A stretch of DNA of 46,773 nucleotides, counting the filler, from Streblomastix strix (lineage: Eukaryota), in NCBI GenBank assembly GCA_008636045.1. It is 2 parts of 2 records of this genome, joined end to end, with 100 filler letters (N's around TTAATTAATTAA, not from the genome) between each part and the next. Parts side by side here need not be neighbours in the genome. Positions count along the whole stretch, not along the records: positions 23,441 to 46,773 come from SNRW01000290.1; 1 more part is not named here. One strand, written 5' to 3'. The position numbers and the translations under genes are program-made. Under the pieces are notes generated by a model. It was not told the DNA's origin, did no database searches, and was given only the letters and a program-made list of their open reading frames with translations. Positions 36,481 to 46,773 of the stretch are shown one piece after another. Each line of letters starts with the position of its first letter. Positions within the stretch are counted from its first letter, which is position 1.

Positions 36481-36939
36481 TAATTCTAATACATTTATTT
36501 GAGCATATAACAGATAATGAGCTCTACCTTTAATTGAGAGACTTTTAACCAAGTAACGGATCTAATTCAGCATAGACCCAAACTGTTCAAGAAATGATTA
36601 TAATTAAAGGTAAATAAAAAATATTATATAATCTTAGACGAAAAATCTAAAATTGTTGTAAATTCATTTTTATCAAGTAATTATGTTTCAGCTGACTATA
36701 ATAATGAGTAGAACTTCATTAACAATTATCAAAATTATCAGTGAAAAAATTATTTTTTACTAACAAAAAATAAACAATTAACTGCTTCTAACAAATGGTA
36801 ACAAATAAACAAATAATAAAATCGTCTCAAAATGCAAAACAATTCCTCATACGCTATAAAGATAATTAAATGAAAATGTACGCAAATAATGATACGTAAA
36901 GATAAATTAAATCACCAATTGACTAATCTCTTCACATAG

Positions 36940-38900
36940 GTTACAGTATTCAGCGAATAAGTGGAATTGATTCAAACCCGACTAAGATGGTTCCTGTCCT
37001 TGGTGGAACTTTATGTTTAAATTATGGGATGGTAAATGGTAGATTTTCTTATGCGTGATTTGCTACAATTACAACTTACGTGATTATTTAAGCCATCACT
37101 TAATAAGTTCGCACTAGAATTTATTTTGAGACTCATTACATTCAAATTCTGAAAGTCTCTTCCTTAAATTATCATTAAGGTTCTTATAATAGTGATGTGC
37201 AACAGTAACAGTACCTTTCAAGTGGCGGGTTGCTCAATTGATTTAAATCTTTCATGCTCCATCATCAATAGATTTTGTCATTGAATACTTTGTTGTTGAA
37301 CAAACAGCTGGATTGTCAGAGATCCATGCTTCCGCTTTAACCTGAAATATGGCTTTTGACACATTCATCTTTCATGTTCTTCACTATTGATCTACGAACT
37401 TCAGCTAACGTTAGGTTTGAGTACCCCATGATTGGCGCAATGAAAATCATCTTTTATATAGAATCAATTTGAATAGATCTTCCTCTTAATTCCTTCAATT
37501 CGCATGACCATCATTTTTCCTGGAGGTAGATGTCTTTTTAATTTCTTCAATCGACCCACTCGGCACTAATATAACTTTGTTTACAACCAGTATCATGAAA
37601 TTAGTTATCTTACTCATCAAATCCGGCCTCTATGGCTGCGACTGCCGGTTGGGGACTATCAGACATGCCTTAACTCATTCTTTTTTCAACTTATTGAAAG
37701 TTGTAGAGATAAGTGGAATGAGCAGATGTAGCAATGGAATTTCCTATTTCCAAGATATTGAGAGAGAGTCCACTGCTACTGCCCATCCACCCAAAGCCAC
37801 ACTTTCAAAGCTCCTGTATTTGCGATTTCTTCCATTATTGAATATATCTATTGTTGGTTTCACATAGAACTGGCTCAACACTTCTAGATGAACCTAGTTT
37901 TGGAGTGAGTATTCGCTAGGCGTCGATTAACAAGAAAGAGAATCTGAAATCGTATTAACCAATATATATATATGAAATAATTGAATTTGTATACACAAAT
38001 CTTTTAACTTCATCAGGATCTTATCTATAAATTTCTGAAGTGATACTGCTGCTGCCCATCTGTTCAGGTTTAATGATATTACACTGTTAACTGTCTCAAT
38101 TTTTAGAGCAGTTACTTGCATTTTTCAATATGGAAGCTTCGGAATGTGATAGAGCTCAGAGTACGGCCTCAATCTCAATCTAGTTACATCTGGATAATCT
38201 CCAGTTAATATTCCTGTCTGTTTGAAACTAGATCTTTTCCATGAGGTTCTGAAGTTTCAAAGTTGCACTCCAACTGGTTGTTGAAGCATCAGCTGTCAAG
38301 ATTTTCTGGAGATGATTAGTTGTTGCTTTGATTGGTTTGTTTCATCTATCTTCTTCTTCATCCGATAAATTTCTTGCAATGTCGCTCAATTAGTGTATAC
38401 CTTTCCTTTGTTTACATCTGTATAGTCTTGATCCATCTATTAATCTACTTTGGCACTTTCTTTCCTCTATCCCCCCTCATATGAAACTGATCTGTCATCC
38501 TTCGCCATTACCTTTATTCTACCTTCAGAATAGCTAATCATGTGTTTATTCAACCTAAATCTTACATCTGCACTTCCTCTATTATATCTTCCTTCAATTC
38601 CTTTTGGATCAAACTTTTTAGCGTTTCTAAACTTTACTTCGATTTATTCTGTTTTGAAACATTTTATCTTTGCTTCAATTTCTGGACACTCTTTATATAA
38701 TAAGTACGACTTTGTTCCTCTATTAATTATAATGTCCACTTCGATCTTTTTCAATTCGTTGATTTAGTGTGTCACTCTTCCTCCAATTTGGTAAGTAATG
38801 TAAATAAGGATGAGGTAATATTGGTGAAAATAGGACATATGCCGTGCTAATCTGAGTTAGAATTGATACTATTCAGTTCGTCTCGACAAGTTTCTATTTC
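36940..38900 (-). pseudogene. Second degraded DIRS relic (RT N-terminus, RNase H, MT, partial YR) with internal deletions
   Basis: QIGGRVTH, IQKELKEDIIEEV, ILTADASTTSWSATL, LKIETVN, VDSLSISWKQEIPLLH, HLPPGKM; RT catalytic core not seen. Confidence 0.7.
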
Positions 38901-38946
38901 TTCTCCACTTGTAGAGGTATTTGATTAGATATAATTGACACCGCTA

Positions 38947-39085
38947 CAGTAGAACTCGGTTAATTCAGACTCAGTTAATTCAGACAATCGGATAATTCAG
39001 ATTTTTCAAAAATTATTCAAATTTATTTAAAAACAAGCATTAAACTTATCATTTAATTCAGAAATTTTAATCGGATAATTCAGAC
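38947..39085 (+). mobile_element. pogo/Tc1-like transposon terminus with subterminal TAATTCAGA repeats; partner end not found
   Basis: TA|CAGTAGAACTCGGTTAATTCAGAC followed by repeated (TCGG/TCAG)(T/A)TAATTCAGA; abruptly truncates the DIRS relic. Confidence 0.6.
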
Positions 39086-39364
39086 TTCTTTTTAAAAAAT
39101 TCTTATAGATAAAAATTGAAAATTAATATAAATTTTTTTAAAAAAAATTTTTTAAAAAAATTTTCTTAAATTTTTATTAAAATAAAATTTTACAGATATT
39201 TTTTATAAAATCTTAATTAATTTTTGTTTTATTTTCAACTCAAATCATTCTTTTAGTTACAAAAATTGTATTTATTATATTTAAATTTTAATACTAATAC
39301 CGGACGGATATTTTTCTATAATGAAAAATATAAATTCCATCATTTTTTATTTGAAATTATAAAT

Positions 39365-41150
39365 TCACTCTTTATTACGGTTCACAAAAGTAATTTAATG
39401 GTTACAATTAACAAATCCCAGATCAATATGAAGTCGTTATCCGTGATTAAGACTGTAACTTTGACCGCTTGGTAACGAAACGTTAATTTATCTCCTATAC
39501 TCTCGCCCTGTTGCTTCAAGAATCGGACCGTCTGCCCATTCGTGAGAACTACTCATCTTAGCAATATATTAATCTATGTTTTCTTCAACTTCTGCCTGAA
39601 TGTATCTATTAAAATTTTTCTCTTTTTCTATTTTTTCAATTTTTGCTTCTTCAGTTGATACAAATTGATACATGAAGTCATCTTCGTTCTTACGTGCTTC
39701 AAGATAATTGCATGCTATCTCTCTTACATACTCGAATTGATCTTCACCTTCGTATAATGCAACAGATACAGAGCGAAATATACAGTCGCCACCAGTTTTA
39801 TTATTGACAATATGCATGTTATATGATTTTGCCAATATTTTCATCGCTTTCATATCATCATTTTTTTCTTCATCGCCATCATTTGAACTTCCTTGTTCTA
39901 TAATTTTTTCATCATTTTCAGATTATTGTTCTTCTGCGAATGAGCAGTAATCGAAGCTCATAGCATTGTTTTTGTAGCTGTTATCTTCAATGTTCTCACT
40001 TTATGTATTAAATCATCATAAATAAGGCAGCTTTATCTTTTCGAGAATTTCCTCTCGTTCAAAACTTTTGATTCATTTTCAGTTGATTTTCATAAATTAG
40101 AAGAACTTGAGCTATAGTCGCATTCAAAGTGTTCATTTACTTTTTCATCAGAGTTACATTAACTCAGCTACGTAAAGATTCTAAAACTTTGCGGTGACTT
40201 TGCAGATAATCTTCCTTTCTCGAACGTTGGATTCAAACTATCATTAATCACATCTTCCAATTCCAGAACATCATCTTCATTTCTTGGAAACAATTCAGAG
40301 TAATCATGAGTAGATTCCCTTATATCGGTTGAAATAGTTTGTGCAATTGATTTATTTGAAAATTTGATATCCAATTCTCTTTTATCTTCTTTTGATAATT
40401 TTTTATAATCAATTTCTTAATTTTATTTTTTTATTTCGATCATTTTACTTCTTTCTTTTCTGTAGACGTTTCGGAAATTGACTCTGAATGGCTAGCAAAA
40501 AGTAAAATATATGGATAAATAAATCAGAAAAATCTGGTATTTAAAAAAAATTAATAAATATACTTTTCTAAATCAATGTCTTATGTGTGAAGCAAAAATT
40601 GTTTCTTATTTATCTTTTGTTATGTCAGAAGTTTCATATTTTGATAAATAATATGATGCAATAAATTTCTTGACCTAAGACCGACTTGGAATAACGAAGG
40701 AGATGAAAATTTGAGACCCAGCAGTTAGAGCTTCAGTTGTTTTGCCCGTGACCGTGCATATATCCTATAATTTGATGCCTCACCGATTAAGGCGTTCATT
40801 TAAACAGCAAAGATAGATTATCTCTTTTTGCTTCACGCGCATTGATATCTTTTGCGATTATATCAAATGATATTAGTCCAACATATGAAGAATATCTGGA
40901 CCTTTTACCTATGAAAAATTATTGATCGGTGCAGTTGCAATATGCAAGAGTGAACATTCTCGTTGTAGTAACTCGGAAATCCCTAGCTATTTTGGTAACT
41001 TTGCCCGGACTTTGAATTAAAGCAGCAATGATTCTATCTGCCACTGTTCACACTTTTTCACAACAATATGTCTGCCAAATATAATCTTTCTATTCTTTTT
41101 CGATTATTTGACCATTCAATATTACTACTTCAAACTGATCAGAAACAAAA
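39365..41150 (-). pseudogene. HTH-containing protein with C-terminal OTU cysteine protease domain, disrupted
   Basis: OTU boxes GGDCIFRSVS, EWADG and LGFVNCNH, TGA 39365-39367. Upstream VTKIARDFRVTTTRM and IPSRSxVKKFI resemble pogo/CENP-B HTH motifs. Stops and frameshifts; start uncertain. Confidence 0.7.
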
Positions 41151-44099
41151 CAGATTGTGAAAAATAGTTTAGTTCAGCATAAAAGAATTATTTTTCAATT
41201 TCATGATAGAAATATGAATTAAAATAATATTTTTAATATAATTTAATAAACATTAAAGAAAAATAAAACGATTATAAAATAATAACCCTCCGGTATTAAT
41301 TTTTAGAGAATCAGGTTATTATGAACAAATTTTAAGATTAATTTTATTTATTTGTAAATAAAATTAATCTTTAATAAATTGTAAATATCAAAATAAAAAA
41401 GTTAAAAAAATAAATTTTTAATTGCAATAAATGTTTCTAATTTATTTATTTTAAATTATTTATATTAAATTTATTTAATAAATATAAAATATTATTAAAA
41501 CTTCAAAATTTTTAATTTATAAATTATAATATTATTATAATTAATTTTTTTTTAAAAATATTAAATGATAAATAAAATTAATTATTAATAATTTATACAT
41601 GTAAATAAATAAAAATGAATATAAAATAATTAAATTTTTAAATAATTTAGTTTAGATTTACCTATTTCAATTATTAACTTAAAAATACAAGATTTTAAAA
41701 GGTAGTATTGTAAACTCTGAAAAAAAATATGGATGTCACTCAATGTTGCTCATATCAACTATTTTATAAAATTGCAAATTATATAAAGAATTATCAAAAT
41801 TTTAAATTTCTTTTAATTAATCTAATTTTATATTAAATATAAAAAAAAATATTATACATTTAAAAATTCAAACAAAAATATTCAAATCATTAGTTCAAAT
41901 TATTGGTAAAAAAACATAAATTTAATAAGTTCTTTGTTCATACTCTGAAATGTAGCCAAATTAAAGTATTTTCAATAAAATTTCTCCATTTCGATTAAAA
42001 ATTAAAAAAAAATTAAACATAATTAATTAAATTATTAAAATAAATTTTATTTGAAAATTTAAATATAAAAACTTCAAAAAATTTTAACTTATTGATACCC
42101 TTACAATTTAGATCAGAATTTAATTAAATGTTCAAATTATCAAAATTATTAAAATAGAATCCATAATAAAGAAATAAATAAAAATAAGGTTAATTGATAT
42201 TAAATTCCATGAAATATTTCAATTATAGTTGAAAATTAATTCAATTACTTATTTTATAGTGCGATGCTAATAAATTTAAGTAAACATAATAATAATATGT
42301 ATATAAAATTAATTTTAACAATAATTATATGTCATAATAAATTGAGTAAAGCAAGTGTTAAAGAAATACACTAACTTTTGGAATTTGAACCATCAATAGC
42401 TCAAAATTTTGAATAAAAGTTGATTAAACTACAAATGCAAAAATGATAGTTTTTATTTAAATTTTTTTTTTAAAGTTTAATTTTTAAAAATTTTAAATAT
42501 TATTTAAATTCAATTTTTTTTTATTAAATTTAAAATTTAATTATATTGAAAATTGCCTAACAAAAAAATATATAATATTCCCAAATTAATATTTTAAAAC
42601 AACATATTTTTGTAAAAAAAATTTTTTTATAATGTTCTAGTTAAGAATAAAATAAAATGCAAACTTAAAAAAGTTACTAATTTTATGTTAATTTAATTTA
42701 TTACTTTAATTTTATAAAAATCATATAATCATTTTAAATAAATTTAAATTTGTTTAATTTTGAATAAAAATAAAAATAAATATTTATTTTACAAAAAAAT
42801 TTTTTCAAAAAATCTAAATTTAGATTTAAATTAAAGTAAAATATTTTAATTTTTATAATAAATTAAATAATTTATATATATAAATTAATATTATCTTAAA
42901 TTTTGATAAAAGTTGATTGAATTAACTAAAAATTTAGCACTTAAAATATACAAATTTTTGAAAATGGTCCTAAAGTAAAAATTAAGAATTTAATAAATTA
43001 ATTTGAAATTTTAAATTTTGATTAATCATATATTGTAATTGTAATAGAATATAAATAAATAATTTATTATAGTTATATCAAGTATTAATAAATAGAAATT
43101 TAATTCAAAATTTTATAAATTAATTTAATGATTCAAAGGAAAATTAATATTTAAACAACTTTTTTTATAAAATATGCACTGAAATATATAGATAACTTAT
43201 AATATATTAAAAAAAATATTTTATTGTATGATTAATAAATTGTTTAGAAAATTTAATTATGAATTTATTTTAAATTAGTTATTTAAAATATATTTTATAA
43301 AAATATCATATTAATTCAATTAAATTATCTTAATATATTCTAAAAATATGAAAAATGAAATATTTTTTTTATAAAATTTTAAAACAAAATTAATATTAAT
43401 AAATTTAAATTCAACTCTTTATTGACTTATTCAACATTTATAAAATATGTCAATAGCAAGAAAAATAACAATTTATTTCAAAATAAAAAATTGAAAATAA
43501 AATAATAATTAACCATCAAAGGAAATATTGAAGTTTTTACAATAAAAATTATGGAAAGTCCTTCATCAAAATATTTTTTATTAATATTAAAATTTTTTAA
43601 TAAAATATCATATGTTTATTTTGAGAACATCAAATATCCGAAAAAAGTAAAATTATTTTTAATTTAATTAAATTTAAAACATGTAATGCATAACTTATAT
43701 TAAGAAAAAACATAATTTCTTAAATATTTTTAAAAATATAATAATTATTTTCATTGGGTTTTATAAAAATTATTATTTATATAAATAAATTTTTTAAAAT
43801 AAATTGAACTAGCGAAATTAATATATGTTTGAAAGGTTTGAATTGCATTTAATAAATAAAATATATTTAATAATATTATTTTAAATATTATATATATTTG
43901 TGTAACTTTAATTCACTTAAAATTTTTAATTATACAAAAAATTTTTATTTTAAATTAATTTATTTTATCAATTAAATGCAAAAATTTTATTTAAAATAAT
44001 TTTATTAAATAAAAAATAATAATTGAAATAGAATATTAATTATTTGCTTTACATCAATTTTAAATATATTATATTTTTAAATCAAAATTAATTATATTA

Positions 44100-45030
44100 T
44101 ATTAAGTATATTGTTTTTGATATCTCCTTTTTTTATAATGAAACATAATGATTATGATTGATATAACCAAGATTAAATGGCTATTTGTTCTTTTACTCTT
44201 CGCCAAACTTTGTTACTGTTTCTTATGGAGTATGAACATAAATTTGGACTTCAAAAGCTTCTGCTGCAGCGATTATGCACTCATCGCCACCCAACGCATT
44301 CATTGATAAACCTTCCATTCTTCATTGAATTGTTTCACCCGGTTCCAATGCACTATCATGTAGTTGCGGGTTGTTTATTAAGAATTCTACTGCAAGTTCT
44401 CTGAATGTATAGTACTGCTTATCATTAAGTCCCAACTAATTAGCAAATGCACTTAAAAAATTTGTTAGTTAAAATCAAAAATGAAAATTCTAACTAGAAT
44501 AAACAATTTTCATCTTCCACATTATCAACTATCTTGAATTACTAGTTCCATTTCTATCTCAATATATTTATAGGAGTGAATGAAAAGAATGATTGCATTG
44601 AGGGTTGAATTGATGGCTTAATTTATTGTTTGAAATTTGATAATTTTTAATTTTGTATTGAAGATTATAATTTTGGTTGATGTATTGGAGGAATAAATTG
44701 ATTTACTGCCTTAATTATGCATTGCTTAGAAAATTCATTACTTTTTAAATTTTGTTTCAATTTCATCATTCAAAGTTTATTTTAATTAATTTTTATCATT
44801 CGAATCAATTAAAATTTTAGGATTTAAAGAAAAATTAAGTTGAATTTGCTGAATTGGTGTTTTTTCGAATTTAATGTTAGATTTTTATTAGGAATTTTAG
44901 GATTGAATTTAAGGATTTATTGTTGTGTCTGTTAATGTATTTGAAATTTTTTTATTTTAATTAAAATTATTAATTGATTAGAATGAATTTTGAAATTAAT
45001 TTTGAATGTTTGTAGAATATTCAATGTATA
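44100..45030 (-). pseudogene. Second OTU-domain protease gene with low-complexity N-terminal part; limits approximate
   Basis: VEDENCLF|YAFANQLG (43-nt GT..CTAAC..AG intron 44452-44494), FRELAVEFL, LGGDECIIAAAEAFEVQIYV, LGYINHNHYVSL; one in-frame TGA. Confidence 0.7.
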
Positions 45031-46699
45031 GTTATTTATTTATTTATTTATTAAAATTATAGATTTAAAAAAATCAAGTATTTTTTTATTTTAATTTGTT
45101 TCTTTCGTAATTATTGTTTTATTAAGAATTTTAGAATTATCAAAATGTCTTATGTTAGTAAAAAGTTTAAAAAAACCTCATATAATTATTATAAAATATA
45201 AATTATTTCGTGAAACGAATAAATTGCGAATAAATTGTATAGTAATGAGCAATTGCTGTTAATGCATAGAATAAATTTTAATATTAATTTTAAATTGAAA
45301 ATTTAATAAAAAAATTACAATATTTTAATTTTAAATAATATAAAATATCTTTATTGAGTATCATGAAAAATAAACTACAATAATTAATTTTTTAAAATAT
45401 ATCATTAATAACCATTTTTCATATTCTTAAGATTATTTTTAAATCAACAATTGAAATAATTTAAATTAATAAAAGTAAAATGTAGAAACATTTTTATAGA
45501 TATGAAACCGTTAAAAATTTCAGAAAATTTTTTATTTTTAAATAAAAATTTATATAGTAAATCAAATTTAATATTATCTGTATTAATTTTTATTTTTGAA
45601 AATATTATAAATGAACAATTCATGGTTTATAATATTATTTTTGGGTATGCCAAATTACCACAGGGGGTAAAGTGGGGCAGTGCAAACCAGAAAAGGGGGA
45701 AGCCTAATTGTGAATAAAATACAAAAATAAACAGAATTTTTTTAAAAATTTTTCTAAAAATTATGAAGAAAATAAAGTAAGTTTATCTATCTCCACAGTT
45801 AGATATTATTTTGTGGAAATGAAAAATATTTTAGATTTGAATTATCATAATATATTTAAAAATAAATCGTATGTTGCGATTATATGATTATTTGCAGCAT
45901 AAAGTGAAAATTTGTCTTGAAATTTTTAATAAAATCGGTTTTAAAAGTATAATCAGGAATAATTTGTATTGATATACATTTATAAATTCAAGTATTGTGA
46001 TATATATAAGAATATAAAACTATTTTGTATTTATTATTTTGTATCTATTGATAAAGTTAAAAAATGTAAAAATGCGCGCTTTTGCCTGAAATAAGTTAAA
46101 TATTAAAAATAATATTCAAACATACTTGCAAATATTTATATTAATTAAATAAAATATAGAAAAATATATAGAACAATGATATATTGAGAAACAAGTGGTG
46201 CAAAGTTTTAATTGCAGGCATCAGTATTTAATTGGGGGTAAAATATTTAATTGGGTGCAGAATTTTTTATTTGGGGGCAGCCGCCCCTTTTTAATTTTGA
46301 GAAAGCTATCGTCCATTATTCAAAAAACTTGTAAATATAAAAGATTTAAAATAGTACTGAACATATTATTACACAATTGCGATATATTATGTAAGATTTC
46401 TCGTCTTAAAAAGAGCTTGCCCCACTTGCTCACAATTAATTTATATATTGAGTTAGAAATATATTTGATATTAATTAATATAAATATTAATTAATGTGAA
46501 AAATAAAACACTTTTAATATATTATTAATAAAATTTATAATTGAACTTAGAAGAAATTTTTTTTATTTATTTTTAGATTTTTTTAACAAAGTGTGGCAAA
46601 AATAAAATCGTGGCAGGGTTTTTGAAGGTGGTGCAGGCATTTCTGGAATCCTCAATACTATTTATTTTATTTTTATTTTTACAATTTATTATTTTTATT

Positions 46700-46733
46700 T
46701 TTTTTCGTTTTTTTCGCTTTTTTCTTTTTTTTT

Positions 46734-46765
<32 letters not shown>
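46700..46765. repeat. Poly(T) tract at window/contig end
   Basis: Nearly pure T run. Confidence 0.7.
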
Positions 46766-46773
46766 CTTCCCCT

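Noticed and set aside
41200..44090. Coding potential in the extremely AT-rich stretch
   Set aside because: No recognisable motifs or repeat structure; long TGA-free frames arise by composition alone.
44385..44394. TTCTACTG as the right TIR of the pogo-like element
   Set aside because: Short match inside OTU coding sequence, no flanking TA and no subterminal repeats.
45657..46435. Possible MITE bounded by AAGTGGGGCA (45670-45679) and TGCCCCACTT (46418-46427)
   Set aside because: Only a 10-bp inverted match; outer ends and target duplication do not agree.
326..46494. Most ORFs in the supplied track
   Set aside because: Computed with TAA/TAG as stops; they are fragments of longer genes or antisense/shadow frames (e.g. 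862-1080, 5471-5674, 15697-15933, 24678-25049, 37577-37867).
46700..46773. Poly(T) as a retroelement poly(A) tail
   Set aside because: At the sequence end with no adjacent element visible; may be an assembly artefact.

Overview
Very AT-rich eukaryotic (protist) DNA in which TAA/TAG encode Gln and TGA is the only stop, so the supplied standard-code ORF track fragments nearly every gene. The code, short AT-rich introns and gene families suggest an oxymonad such as Streblomastix (inference). Two contigs are joined by an artificial N/TTAATTAATTAA linker at 23341-23440, so adjacency across it is not biological. Contig 1 contains about 12.4 kb of a decaying endogenous Polinton/PLV-type dsDNA virus. 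It encodes an SF3/D5-like helicase, a putative major capsid protein, an adenovirus-pVI-like amphipathic peptide, two phage-tail-fibre-like proteins, an A32-like packaging ATPase and a protein-primed PolB. It is followed by a DD34D mariner with ~235-bp TIRs, a spliced coiled-coil/SPRY-like host gene, and an ARM-like host gene built from tandem exon+intron units. Contig 2 contains an M1 aminopeptidase with two 15-nt micro-exons and a structurally complete DIRS1-type retrotransposon (ITRs, ICR, gag, RT-RH-MT, tyrosine recombinase) with ~2 kb of dual-frame coding. After these come a palindrome cluster, two DIRS relics, and a pogo-like terminus followed by two OTU-protease genes. All translations were done by hand, and product calls rest on motif recognition rather than database searches.
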